From Octopus sinensis (taxonomy: Eukaryota), in contig NC_043002.1 in assembly GCF_006345805.1 (NCBI RefSeq), forward strand, positions 99,634,001-99,698,000: a stretch of DNA of 64,000 nucleotides, written 5' to 3'. Under the pieces are notes generated by a model. It had not been told where the DNA came from, searched no databases, and saw nothing but the letters and a program-made list of their open reading frames with translations. Positions 40,166 through 54,800 of this stretch are shown piece after piece. Made by a program: the position numbers and the translations under genes. Positions within the stretch are counted from its first letter, which is position 1. The number at the start of each line of letters is the position of its first letter.

Positions 40166-40502
40166 AATGTCCAAGATTGATAATTTGATTTGGACATGTC
40201 AACGCCCCCGATCCTTATTGAAGCTGACAGTGATGTTTAACAGTGAATTCATTGAATAGGCGTAATAAAATTATTCTCAATATTATTTGTGCCAATTTGT
40301 TTTCGAATGCAGCTGTTCTTTGATGAGCTTTGCGTCTTTTTCTAAATGCAACAAAAATCTGATGCACATTGTATACATGATAGATAGATAGATAGATATA
40401 TAGATAGATAAGACAGCTAAAATAGATAGATAAACACTCACAACGACCGGTAGTTCGTTGCTCCAACCACTGGGCCATTGTGCCTCCACTACACACACAC
40501 AC

Positions 40503-40546
<44 letters not shown>

Positions 40547-40839
40547 ATACAGGGATCGAGGTGTAGGAAGACGTTAGCTTCAAGCAATCCGTAGTAAATA
40601 TACAAAGCAACTTTCAGGGACAATAGTGGTTTATTGAGACGGAAGGTTGTCTATCTTTTTTTATTCTGATTGAATCTTCCATGTGTAAACATGTACGCCT
40701 TGCGATATTCTAAACAATATCCTTGACCTAAAAGGTAGCCAGCGATATACACCTCGCTTGGATATTTAGCACTTCGCAGGTTCCGCTCGCTATGAAACGT
40801 ATGTAGCCGGATCTTATCTCTACTCCATTCCTTAACTCT

Positions 40840-40882
<43 letters not shown>

Positions 40883-43010
40883 ATCACTACATATTTTCCT
40901 TATATCTATTTCTTGAATGGATATGAGGAATATGTTATTGACTATTCAAATTTGAGATTCGTCTTGTCATATTATTTTGCACAAACTTGTGCGAAGATAT
41001 CTTAAGAAGGATTGCCATTGTTATAAATTATTATTCTTTTCTTGAAATGTAATTCTTTAACTAATAATGTAAACTCAAATAACTTTTAATGTAGAGAATC
41101 GACATGACGGTGAATCGAGTGGCAGAAATGTTAGCTAGTGGATCGAATATATTTTGATAATTGTCTCTGTTATTTGTATTCTGATTTCAAATTCCGTATA
41201 AGGCAACCTTGTCTTTTATCTTTAAGTGGTTGATATATAAAGTACCAATAGATTTCTGAAGTTAACTTCTTTCACCCTTTTCTGTCCCTCCATTCTCTTT
41301 CCCTCTTTCAGAATCGGTTATGTGTCTTGTTGAGAGTTTTAATGTAAGAGGAAATCTCTTGTAGTGTCTCTTTCTTCCGCAAAATAGATAAGAGTTGTGT
41401 GAGTAACGAATAACTTTTGCTTCTAGAATGCTGTAAAAGAAGAAAAAAAAAGAAAGAAATATCCGCAGGAATCAGAAACTAGAAATGGTAGTGCAAATGG
41501 GCCGGCGTGTCGTACAGCACAGAACAGTTTAAAAAATTCAATAGCTCACATTTCATATGGAACCATTCGTTATCATGATTTAAACTGATCGCAAATTGTT
41601 ATTATTTCCGATATCAGTTATTAATTACTTGACCTTTTTACACTCAGGAAATATGCCGCCCAAATTCTTTTAAGCTCATTTCCGCCATTTGATTTCTTTA
41701 TTTTCATTGATGTTTTGATTGTTCACTGCTTTCCAAATTAAACGGTCGTGATCAGTTACTTCCTCCGAATGTGATGCAAATAAAATAGAAACAATTACAT
41801 CCATTTTATGTATTTTCGCAGGTTTTGCTCAGTGTTTTTTTTTTGTTTTTTTTTTATGCAGTTATCCACTTTATGTGATTTTATAAGCTTCAGTTGTTCT
41901 GGAGTTTGTATGTTCCGTCTCTTCTTAATAAAACATTTTCCTCAGAATTTCTTAGGTGCATAGCTATTCAAGCTGTATTGCATGTTGTATGCCAGTGTAT
42001 ATTACTCTCCTAAGTTAGATCCTTACTTTATGGAGAAATAGTTACACAAACACAAAACGGGTGAAAGCTGGTGAAACAGCTGACATGCCAGCTAACCGAA
42101 ATGCGATATACAACAGTTTTCTCATTTATTATTTCAATCACCTGATGTTTGTTGAGAGATTCCCAACCTCACCCGCATACTATCTATATATACGTATATC
42201 AGCGTAATGTATGTACATATATAAGCCCCTATGTTTGTATATAAACATATATGTACGTACATACCCACGTATGTACATAAATACAAGTACGTATTTATAC
42301 CTACCTTTGACTTTTCTTTTTATACATTGCCAACATTTCATAAAACCGTTCACCTGCAATGATTTATTTTATAATATTGCTTTTGCTTTGAGATGCAAGC
42401 TCACCTATGCCATTCATGCCGTCAGAATTTGCAATGAACTAACGATCGATTCAATAAAAATCGCAAATGCAACCTCTTTTCTTGTACATATCTAGGAAAA
42501 ATTTGGTTCGTTTTAATCCATTCTTGTATGTCTCAGATACGCATCCTTGTGTTTGACATAGAAATCAATAGTATGATGCTTTATTTTATCATTTATTGTT
42601 GGTAAGTGCACACTGCGTAACGACTTAGCGTTAATTTCTATGGCACTTTAATGATAGTATTTATTAATGTATCATATAGAGGTGTGGGAAGAGGCATAAT
42701 TGTGTAGTGTTATGTGTTATGGTGTATGAACTGGAAAGTGATGGACCTAACGATTTCAATGTTATCCCATTGATTCAATGTTCAGTAAAATAATACTAGA
42801 GGGAGAACTCCACGTTTAAAGATTAAAAGCATGGCTGAGATGACTACACAATGACGATGAAAACCTAATAGACCGAATTATATACATGAATGTCTCTTGA
42901 ACGAAAACAATGATTTACATTTCCGCACGCCACCCCAACACCCAATATGTAAATTAGCTTTAAGAGATTAATTTTTAATTTATTGAATTAGCCTACACTT
43001 TTTCTTTCAG

Positions 43011-43080
43011 AGACGCCACAATTGATACAAGTTTTATTTATTTCTCTTCCGATTTATTGAAAAAGTATAATTTAGTTAAG
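43011..43080 (+). CDS. Candidate 70-nt exon (DATIDTSFIYFSSDLLKKYNLVK)
   Basis: Acceptor TTTTTCTTTCAG, donor AAG|GTTTGC; phase-compatible with 22541-22580. Confidence 0.3.
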
Positions 43081-44234
43081 GTTTGCTTCCCGTGTTCTTT
43101 TTGTATACATTATACCCTGTTGCTGATGTTGAAATTCCAATGAAGGACCATTGGATCTGGGTTAGAAACCGACTCCTTCTCTATTGGCAAGAAATCTTGA
43201 AATAAAATAATGACATATATACGTATATATGTACATAGACATCAATTTAAATACAGAACTAAAAGAGCTACTAACAGTTTTATGCTTTCATGATATTTGA
43301 ACAGGCGTATTTATAAAATACGCCATGTGTCTCAAAGCAATCTTTCAGGCTCTGTTTATGCATTGTACATAGCGAAAAATGAAAGAGCGCCAGAGGACGG
43401 TAGAGAGAGAGAAAGGGAGAGACTTTTCCGTAAATGTTGTTATTGTATACGCTTACGTCAGCCATGATTAGAACGACCTGATCGAATGTTATCATCCCTT
43501 CTTAATCTTAAACGTTACTTCCAGGACCGCATCATTTAGTGTGCACCTCTTTAAAGATTAAGTAGTATTTCAGGGATATTTAGCAACAAATACTTGCACA
43601 CTGAGCGATTATAAAGAGGCCCCCACTATCATAGATAATTATTTAATATCAAACTTGAGAATCGGTATAGCCTGCTGTATTTTATGAAGTTTTTTTTAAA
43701 GGCGTACTCATTCATTTTGTAATACGATGTTTAATGATTTTTAACGTAAAACTTGCATAACATGGCATTGTTAAGTATTGATTTATTATTTTGATAAGAT
43801 GCCACTCATTTCGTTGGAGGTTACGATCGTTTATTGTACACCCAGAGATTGACTGGTTCTTTATTTTATCTATCTCAAACGGATGAAAGACAAATCTACT
43901 TTTATCGACACCAGAACGATAAAGCCAATCTCGTGTTTTATGAGCAGAATATGTGATTGAAGATACGACAGCTGAAATGTTTTGTTACCACTAATCATGA
44001 GGAAGACATAATCTATGCGCTTCAGATGTTGAAAAGTAACCATTCTAAGGCAATGTAATTAGAAATTTAGAAGCTGATATAAATACAAGGTGTGCTGAAA
44101 AGTAATGTCGTCTTTCCAAGCAAATACTCAGAAGCCATACCACAAGAGTATCCGTGTTAAAGTATCGAGGATTTATTCCCTTTGCAATATTCATCTTAAG
44201 CAGATGAATATTGCAAGGGGAAGTGTATAGAGAA

Positions 44235-44980
44235 AGCAAATGGGTACCCCATGAGCTGTGCGTTTAACAATTTACAACTATCTGCTAATCAGGAATGAAA
44301 AAACATCTTTCTTAAATCTAATTGTAAGAGGTGATGAAAAATGGATAGTCAATAACATCAATAAACGTAAAAAGCGGTGATCATCCCAAATAAAAGTCTG
44401 ATTCCAACACTCAAATCATATCATCACCCACGGTAGATTTGACTGTGAGTTTGATGGAATACAATTGGTATTATTCATTTCAAACTATTAGAACACGGGT
44501 TCAGCGCAGACGTTGGTCAACGGCTTGAAGGTGTCAATCAAATTTTGTGCAAAATAAATAAACGACTGGATTAAGTCAACAAAAAGGGAGTCATCCGGCA
44601 ACAATAATATCAGACAACATTCAGGGAAGATAACCCAAGAAAAGATCAATTCTTTAGGCTGGGAAGCAGCTCTACCCCATTCTCTCTGCTCACCTTACAT
44701 AGTACCATCAGATTTCAATTTATTCTGCTAATATCAATACTTTAATTGTGGTAAAAATATTCAGAAGTAGAGAAGATGTTGAAATAACACTCCAAATATT
44801 TTACGCTCCTAAAGGATCTGACTTATCTTTTTCCCGAGGAATCAGAAAACTGATTTCGAGGTGGGAAAGTATTATTGCTAACGTTGGCGGTTCATTTAGA
44901 ATGAATATTTACGGTACTTTTTACATTTATTTGAACTCATTACGTGAAATGCAACATGAAGTTTCAGTACTCCTAACACT
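44235..44980 (+). pseudogene. Mariner transposase remnant
   Basis: WVPHEL, IVRGDEKWI, LGWE, PSDF motifs with many lesions. Confidence 0.85.
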
Positions 44981-45689
44981 TGGCTTGCTATTCTGATTTC
45001 AAACTGAAATCCGAGTTTGAGAAAAGCATTATTAACACAACCACAATTTTTTTGTTTCATATACTCCATATATTCCTTGCCCATGTAAAAAGAATCCAAT
45101 ATACTTTTATGCATCGAATTTATATACGTTGGTGAGCTATCTGTGATTGGATGTTATGATACCGTTTCTATTTCTAATGAGTATGGTTTGAATTCCAGTA
45201 TGAGCCGAATGTTTTCTATTAAAGAATATTAATTGTCCCATATTTCAACCTTTCCTTCAATCTAAACCCAATTACTAGCGCCCATTGAAAGGATTTTCTT
45301 CTGATAATTCTAAGGATATTTATGATGCATCGTAGAGCTATAAACTACCCTTAATAGTGATACGTTACGATATCGATGTGTAAATATGAAAATAAAATTA
45401 GTCTCGATAGGAGGCAAGCTAAGAAGTTTAAGCGCTGTAACCAAATACATCAAAGAATAGTACCAAAATAATGTTCTCGAATGGGTGTGTTAAATCTGGT
45501 AATAGATTAAGATTAGCTGTACATAGCTATTCAGATTGTCGTATTAACATTCTACTTGACAGAGAAGCTCATTATTTAATAGGTAGTGAGTGATAAAATA
45601 TATTAATGCGCATGTAATTCCAACTGAATATAGCAGTGAGAGTGAGGTAAATTCGCTTTCAATGATAGTTACAATTATTGCGTCCGCTC

Positions 45690-46549
45690 CATTTGCCGGA
45701 ATTCATTACGCTTTCTATCGCATGTAAAATGTTGGTTGGTGTTACAAAGTCTCATCTAAGTATTACTGGCACGTATATAATATAGCTCGTATTTAATATA
45801 GTATGCTGATGAACTCGCTATAATACATTGAATACGCATGTAATATTTAGTTGGCGTTAATTTGATGTTCTATGCCAAATCATTCTTTAATATCTCCGAA
45901 ACTTCATTTGCCGGAATTCATTACGCTTTCTATCGCATGTAAAATGTTGGTTGGTGATACAAAGTCTCATCTAAGTATTACTGGCACGTATATAATATAG
46001 CTCGTATTTAATATAGTATGCTGATGAACTCGCTATAATACATTGAATACGCATGTAATATTTAGTTGGCGTTAATTTGATGTTCTATGCCAAATCATTC
46101 TTTAATATCTCCGAAACTTCATTTGCCGGAATTCATTACGCTTTCTATCGCATGTAAAATGTTGGTTGGTGTTACAAAGTCTCATCTAAGTATTACTGGC
46201 ACGTATATAATATAGCTCGTATTTAATATTGTATGCTGATGAACTCGCTATAATACATTGAATACGCATATAATATTTAGTTGGCGTTAATTTGATGTTC
46301 TATGCCAAATCATTCTTTAATATCTCCGAAGCTTCATTTGCCGGAATTCATTACGCTTTCTATCTCATGTAAAATGTTGGTTGGTGTTACAAAGTCTCAT
46401 CTAAGTATTACTGACACATATATAATATAGCTCGTATTTAATATTGTATGCTGATGAACTCGCTATAATACATTGAATACGCATTTAATATTTAGTTGGC
46501 GTTAATTTGATGTTCTATGCTAAATCATTCTTTAATATCTCCGAAGCTT
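45690..46549. repeat. Tandem array, 4 x 215 bp
   Basis: Unit starts CATTTGCCGG at 45690, 45905, 46120, 46335. Confidence 0.97.
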
Positions 46550-46927
46550 GGAGCCAAAGATGGAGCCAATTCGTTGTCACTCAATTTGCTTGATATATAG
46601 GCCAAACATCACACCTTATTATTTCACACAGGTAAAAAATTGAATAATGTAGTCCGAGATACACAGTACTTGAGAAACTGAAGTGATGGCTACGATCGGA
46701 ACACGTTAGTCATAGTAATGCTTTTTAAATTATTTTGTTAAAGTTATTTCAACAGATATTCTATAGAAATTATAGCCAGCACTGATCTTTGCTACAGCGT
46801 TCTCTATGGAGATGTCAGATATATGACATCGATGTCCAAAATAGGTAATGATTGTATATGCCATATATCGTTTTTTTTTTGCGTCTTCATCAGCATTCAT
46901 CTAACTCATTCTCGCCTACTCATCAAA

Positions 46928-47015
<88 letters not shown>

Positions 47016-47092
47016 ACTTAAACAGGACGTCAAACATTGAGGCAAAGTAAATATCTCAAGTCATATACAATATTGTATGAAGAAATTCAAAA

Positions 47093-47146
47093 TCTTACAG
47101 CTGTTTCGGGGATGTTTCCGAGTATGAGATATTCCATCATCAGAGA
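47093..47146 (-). ncRNA. Type-I hammerhead motif, intact core
   Basis: TCT-CTGATGA-imperfect stem II-GAAA-CAGCTG-TA-AGA. Confidence 0.68.
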
Positions 47147-47682
47147 CAAATATCGGAATATCTCATACTCGAGGATATCTCAGAAACAGCTGTATGATTT
47201 TGAATTTCTTCCTATAATAATTATGTATATAACTTGTGATATTTGCCATGCCTTAATGTTTGATTTCATTTATAACTATTATATATCCGCTGCATCATAA
47301 ATCTGCAATGGTTCCATAACTACCGTCTGGACTATAACCTTGGAGTACCAGTAATCCGTTACAGCACTTACCTTGTGTACGTAATCGTTTAGATCACCTG
47401 TGAGCTAAACCGCCTCACTATGGATATATATATATATATATATATATGGGTATGAGTAAGTATCTCATTTATTTCTTTTGCCACATGTATCACTGACGAA
47501 ATTTCTGTCGACCTTTTTTCGAGTAGCGTGCATATTGTGAAAAAATAATATGGTTAATTGACAATATGTCCAATTTTTCGGCATATTTGGCATTAGAATT
47601 TTTTTTCTTTGCCCTCATTTATGAATTATATATATATATATATATCTGTAAATGTAATATGTGACAATTATTGGGTAGCCAT

Positions 47683-47743
47683 GATAAAACTCTGAGTTTC
47701 GGATGCCGAGGTAGAAATCCACGCCGCCATCTCTTCAGATATC
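47683..47743 (-). ncRNA. Type-I hammerhead motif, intact core
   Basis: GATAT-CTGAAGA-GATG...CATC-C-GAAA-CTCAGAG-TT-TTATC. Confidence 0.62.
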
Positions 47744-48096
47744 CGGCCATCGCAGAACTACTATCTTTGGAAAGCTTTCCATCTCATGCGCTTAATCAGG
47801 TCTATAATTTTCTCCAAAAAGATTATTAGAGTATAATTCCCTTGATTATATAGGTTTGTTTATCATGCACTAATCGCTGTAGTAGCGTCCATATCGAATT
47901 CTTCAGCGGACAAAGTCCTCAACCGATAAGCTGTATTAGCCCTTAGGGAAAAATAGCGGTGTACGGAGGTAACTTATTGATAAAAATTGTAAGACAACAA
48001 AAGATTGAAAGAGACCACGATATTATGTAAATAGAGATCTCTTTCTTTCTTTTGTTGTCTTACCATTTTTATCAATATATATATATATATATATAT

Positions 48097-48962
48097 GATA
48101 ATAAAGGGTAAAATTAATTAATTAATTAATTATTAATTAATAATTCCACCAAGTAGTGTTCAGCATGTTAAAAGGACCATTTACGGTAAACTTAAACATT
48201 ACTTTTTTTATAATTATGACTGTAATTATAATTAGGGTTCAGCAAAAAGAAAATTTGCTTTGCCACATACCGAACTTTTAGAAATAGCAGCCAAAGAACT
48301 TGGCTATTTCTTCTACTATAAGAAGAATCTCCCAGACAACGTATAATCAAAAACAATTCATGTAGGCATAGATGAAAAAATAACGAAAAATCACTCGGCA
48401 TTTGAATACTTGTCGACGCCTTTCTGAGTTAGATAGATATGGAGATGCAAGAATTACATCTTCATTTTACAATTCTCTTCATCAGCACAAAGATTTCAAG
48501 ATTTTAAATCAGAGAGCACCGAAAAAATTGAACATACCTATCTGATTCAAGTAACATCAGACATTATATATCAAACATCCAGTACCAATGAATTCAAAAT
48601 ATACGAATGAGGTTTCGTATTCTCCCTCATCCACCCACGTGTGTTCTCGAGCAACAATTTCCTACAGAAAACACTGTAGTTTATTATCAAGGAAAGAATT
48701 ATATTATCTATTATAATAAAGGGTAAAATTAATTAATTAGTAATTAATAATTCCACCAAGTAGTGTTTAGCATGTTAAAAGGACCATTTACGGTAAACTT
48801 AAACATTACCTTTTATAATTATGACTATAATTTTAATTAGGGTTCGGCGAAAAGAATTTGCTTTGCCACATACCGAACTTTTAGAAATAGCAGCCAAAGA
48901 ACTTGACTATTTCTTCTACTATAAGAAGAATCTCCCAGACAACGTATACTCAAAAACAATTC
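48097..48962. repeat. Direct repeat, two ~260 bp copies (48097-48360 and 48712-48962)
   Basis: ATAATAAAGGGTAAAATT...CAAAAACAATTCA present twice with scattered differences. Confidence 0.92.
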
Positions 48963-50391
48963 AACATCCAGTACCAACGAATCCAAAATAATACTTATAA
49001 AAAGTAATGTTATATATATATATTATACGATAGTGTAAAATTATACATACAAGGAACTTACACTTAGGGTGAAGATTCAGCACATTCTTTACCATAATTG
49101 TAGGTTCCTTGTGTGTATAATTAATATATAGTCTTTTTGACAAATTTTTTGCACGTTAGACCACTGGAAATGTATATTTTAAATTTATTTAAATTCCATT
49201 TCCCTTTTGATATGATTAAGCATTATATGATTAAGCATTATATATATATATATGTGCATGTTTCCATATACATACAAATATACATACGTACATACATGCA
49301 TAAATACATACGTACTCATCACGTGCACAGATATATTAAACATATACATAGTTACTCACACACATGCATTCCTTTCCACATCTAAAATATATAACTTGTT
49401 ATTCATTGTTGGAGAAATCCCGAAACTAATTTAGATAAGCAACAATTAGTTTATTTCTATAATAATTGCATTTTGTAACTATGTTAATTCTATTGTTTGT
49501 GGGTTGAACTTACAACGTCTATGTGAATTCCTTGTATACTAATTATGCAATAATCATACAATTGTATAATTCATGATATTTTTATGAGGGTTTTTTCTTG
49601 ACATTCAATCTGCTATAACTATATTTCTAATTCTGGAGTAATTAGGAAACACCAGAATTCCCGTTTTTATCGTACCACCTATTAGAAATAACAAAGAAAA
49701 ATGTTCTATTAATCAAATCCAAGCATCTAGAAAACAAATTAGTAACCATCAAGATTATGACTATGTATGCTAGAAAGGAAAAGTCCCAATGATGATGAAC
49801 GATGTTTACGTTCATTAATGTAAAGTACAAAATAGAGACACGAATATTCTTATTTCATTAGCCTAACTCTCAAAGAAAACTTAAGGATTCTGGATACAAA
49901 AATGCCTAACGGAATGGGTTCATCTTTGTATCCTGTTTTTTCTGCTAGTTGCTGTTCTCTGGTGTAGTTATTTATACGCTATGTCTTTAAAATATCGGGT
50001 TGGAAACACTTGGAATAACTTTGTTCATAGGCCGCACGAACACGGGTCTACCAACAACTTTGGGTTGTTACACTGAATGAAATGAAGAGATGATCTCACG
50101 AAACAAATTCCTGAGGAGGTGGTGCCTTTTACGCCTTGGATATATGATAATGATCACACAACATCTCACCAATGTGTAAAGATATGTCGAAACAATTGTA
50201 GGGATTTTAAATATAGCATGTCGTTCATTCCATTTTCTATAAGTTATCCATTGATATCAGCTCAACGGATACTACGATATTCCTTACGTATATCCAGTAA
50301 TAGGCGCATTTCCATTGTATGATGACATCAGGTAGCCAATAGCTGCGAAAGAGCTTTGCATAGCATTCTACATATTGTTTTACTCGAATCT

Positions 50392-50425
<34 letters not shown>

Positions 50426-51089
50426 CATACAGGGAGTAATAAACAGTCGACAACCGAAGAGGAGTTTGTCTTATTTTGGAATTTTGTTCCTTACGTGTGT
50501 CTCATTACGTATTTTTCATAAAAGGTACAGGTACCTACTGTATGTTTTTTTGTATTTTCCCTGTACTTATTTCTCGTGTGTTTACGTATTTTACACTTGT
50601 TGGTGAAGTCCTGTTCTTGATCTGTATTTTTTATTTATTTATAATCGAACGCGACGCAGCCTTGTCCACAGTAAGTCCTTACATTTATATATAATTTCTG
50701 AGACTACACGGTCTGTTTTCTTTCCTTCTCTCTATCTTTCAATAATCCTCTTTATTTTTCGTTTCTCCCCCTCCTTCTTCGCTGTCTCCTGCCTTCTTTC
50801 CACTCCCTACTATCTTTCGTTCCTTCTCCCTTCTCCTCACTGCCTTTGTTTCTTTCCATCATCCTCTCTCTTGTCCCCCTACCTCTCTGTCTCATTATCA
50901 TACGTGACTACAGCTAATTTTTCTCTCGCCCCTGTCTTTTCTGGACCCGATGTCCACCAGACGTCATATCTCTTGCTTCCTGACATTTTTCTTTTCTACT
51001 ATTTACTTCCCTTCTATTTATTCAATAACTTTTAAAAATTTCTCCCAGGCGTTAGGCGTTACCCACTACAATTCGTCTCAGCCTAACAG

Positions 51090-51310
51090 CCCTTGTTACC
51101 AACCCGGCCAAAACCGGCTCTGGCTCTGTAATACAAATGTCTTGTTTTCAAAAGTTTTGAATTAAAATCTATCAAACCTGAGTTGCAATTTATGTTCCTA
51201 ACACCAGCTTAATGATAAGTAAGTTATTTTACTAAATTCTTTGTTATATTTAAAATAATTGAAAGAAACACAGAGCATCTCAAAATAAATACAGTAACGA
51301 AAGGGTTAAA
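51090..51310. mobile_element. piggyBac-type MITE
   Basis: Right end GTAACGAAAGGG followed by TTAA; left end CCCTTGTTACC is a degenerate inverse. Confidence 0.55.
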
Positions 51311-52007
51311 GTTTGTCTTTTTCGATTGTTTACTCTGTACGTCCACTCTATCATTGTTTGTTCGTTCGAAGCCTTAACTCTCCACAAATTTTATATTCTA
51401 AAAATTTCTGGATGCTGCTGTCTTATGAATTTTTACTATTTTGTTGGTTAATGCTCGAAACAGAAGTAATGATCGGTCGACAACTGAGGAGATGTTAGAC
51501 TTCTTACAGTATTTTGTCCCGTATGACGTATTTTTCATTCGTTGGTGATGTTCTGTACCTATTGTGTATTTTTTGTTATTTGTCCGGTATATATACATCG
51601 TGTATATATATATATATGCATGTATGTGTGTATGTATATATATATATATATATGTATGTATATATATATATGTATTTGTATGTATATGTATGTATATATA
51701 TATGTATATGTATATATGTATATATATATATATATATATGTATGTATATATAGATATATGTATGTATATACATATGTATGTATATATGTATGTATGTATA
51801 TATATATATGTATGTATATATGTATGTATGTATGTATATATATATGTATGTATGTATATATATGTATGTATGTATATATATGTATATATGTGTATATACA
51901 TGTATGTATATATATATATATATATATGTAGGTATGTATATATGTATATGTATATATGTATATATATATATGTATGTATGTATATATATATATATATAAT
52001 ATATATA

Positions 52008-52043
<36 letters not shown>

Positions 52044-52045
<2 letters not shown>

Positions 52046-52420
52046 CTACTGTCGTTACTGTCCTGTTCTTTTACCATTTTTTTACCATTTTTACCCCTCT
52101 GCGAAAAGATCTCAGAATTTTAATTGATTTGCTTTTCGCAGGAAGGAAAGTTTCTTGTCGAAGATACGTCTCGCTTTTATCCTTCGAAACGTAGAGTTGA
52201 TGAAACCCTAGCGACTGAAGAGGGGTTTTTTTTTGTGTTAATTGTCCTGTACTCCATTTTTTTGTGTTGTTTTTAAAAAATGTCCAGTTCCTTTGGTTTG
52301 TGTCTATGTTTTCGTTTCCCTTTGTTGTCCTGTACTCATATATGGGTGTATATGAACACGTAGAGGTAGGTACGTACATATATGTTTATATATATGCATA
52401 TGTTTTATTTCATTTATTAA

Positions 52421-52492
<72 letters not shown>

Positions 52493-52898
52493 CTACTGTC
52501 GTTACTGTCCTGTTCTTTTACCATTTTTTTACCATTTTTTACCCCTCTGCGAAAAGATCTCAGAATTTTAATTGATTTGCTTTTCGCAGGAAGGAAAGTT
52601 TCTTGTCGAAGATACGTCTCGCTTTTATCCTTCGAAACGTAGAGTTGATGAAACCCTAGCGACTGAAGAAGGGTTTTTTTTTGTGTTAATTGTCCTGTAC
52701 TCCATTTTTTTGTGTTGTTTTTAAAAAAATGTCCAGTTCCTTTGGTTTGTGTCTATGTTTTCGTTTCCCTTTGTTGTCCTGTACTCATATATGGGTGTAT
52801 ATGAACACGTAGAGGTAGGTACGTACATATATGTTTATATATATGCATATGTTTTATTTCATTTATTAATATATATATATATATATATATATATACGT

Positions 52899-52953
<55 letters not shown>

Positions 52954-53470
52954 GTCGGCCCGAGGCTATAGCAGAAGACACTTGCCCAAGGTGCCACGCA
53001 GTGGGACTGAACCCGGAACCATGTGGTTGATAAGCAAGCTACTTACCACACGGCCACTCCCGCATATGTATGTATATATAATAAATTAATAAATAAATAA
53101 AACATATGCATATATACATACAGATATGTACGTACCTACCTCTACATGTATATATACATGCATTTATGGGTACAGGACACCAAAAAAACATTGAACGCAA
53201 TGAGAAACGAAAACATAAACACAAAACCAAGGAAATGGGACATTTTTTTAAACAACGAAAAAATAGAGTACTGGACATACAAAACAAAAAAAATCCCCCT
53301 TCTTCAGTCGCCTTAATTTCATCTACTCCATGTTTCGAAGGTCAAGGCGATACATGACTTCAATGAACATTTCCTTCCCGCGAAAATCAAATTAAGTAAA
53401 ATTTGAGATTTTTTTGCGGAGGGGTAAAAATGGTAACAAAAACAGGACGGTAACGACAGTACAAAATATA
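52044..53470. repeat. Two near-identical tandem ~447 bp units plus an older inverted copy
   Basis: Units start at 52044 and 52491; diverged inverse at ~53066-53470; SINE A fragment at 52954-53063 between them. Confidence 0.9.
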
Positions 53471-53789
53471 AACAGTAAAACACAGGACACGGAGAATAAC
53501 AGTAACACAAACAAGATGGGCTGTTAAGCCAAACGAGATAAAAAAATTTTACGAACGCTATTTTTTGAGAACGGCAGAGAGCAACAGATTTTACCGTCTC
53601 TAGTTGAAGGAAGCAGGAGAATAAAGACAGAAATAGCCATCTCATCACGTGATCGCGATCGGTGGGAGGAGGAGGAGTAAGAGAAAGGTAGAGAAAAAAG
53701 GGAATGGTTGTAGAGAAAAGAATGAAGAATAGGAGAGAGAGGGAGAGACAGTAAGGTAGAAGAAAAAGAAAGCCAAAAGAATGAAGGCT

Positions 53790-53820
53790 GAGAATATATA
53801 TCTATATGTATATATGTATG

Positions 53821-53853
<33 letters not shown>

Positions 53854-53946
53854 GTATATATATATATATGTATATATGTATGTATGTATGTATATATATG
53901 TATGTATATGCATGTATGTATGTATATATATATATATGTATATATG

Positions 53947-53985
<39 letters not shown>

Positions 53986-54160
53986 GTATATATATATATG
54001 TATATATGTATGTATGTATATATATGTATGTATGTATATATATGTATATGTATATATATGTATGTATGTATATATATGTAAGTATGTATATATATGTATG
54101 TACGTATATATATGTATGTACGTATATATATGTATGTATGTATGTATATATATATGTATG

Positions 54161-54193
<33 letters not shown>

Positions 54194-54244
54194 GTATATA
54201 TATATATATGCATGTATTTATATATATATATATATATGTGTATG

Positions 54245-54284
<40 letters not shown>

Positions 54285-54500
54285 ATGTATATAATGTATG
54301 TATATGTATGTATATGTATGTATATATATGTATGTATAATATATGTATGTATATAAATATATATATATGTATGTATGTATGTATATATATGTATATATGT
54401 ATGTATATTATATAATATATGTATATGTATATACATATATATGTATATATATATATGTATATGTATATATATATATATGTATATATTATATATGTATATG

Positions 54501-54547
<47 letters not shown>

Positions 54548-54800
54548 GTATATTATATATGTATATGTATATATGTATATGTATATATATGTATGTATGT
54601 TATATATATATATGTATATGTATGTATATATATATATGTATATGTATGTATATATATATGTATATATATATATATATAGTATGTATGTATGTATGTTATA
54701 TATATATGTATTATATATAATATATGTATATGTATATATATATAGGTATATGTATATATATATAGGTATATATATTATATGTATATGTATATATATATAT
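53790..54800. repeat. Compound (TA)/(TATG) microsatellite
   Basis: Direct inspection. Confidence 0.95.

Noticed and set aside
43130-43180. Hammerhead-like motif in the R4/Dong 3' UTR (also ~60455-60495)
   Set aside because: Both copies read CAATGA, lacking the essential G5, and have no convincing stem I
45690-46549. CRISPR array or C/D snoRNA cluster
   Set aside because: No unique spacers or cas genes; CTGATGA has no matching D box or terminal stem
50110-50215. CTGAGGA...GAAACAATTGTA as an intact hammerhead
   Set aside because: No coherent stem II joins the two halves; more likely a degenerate copy of the 20960 family plus an unrelated upstream motif
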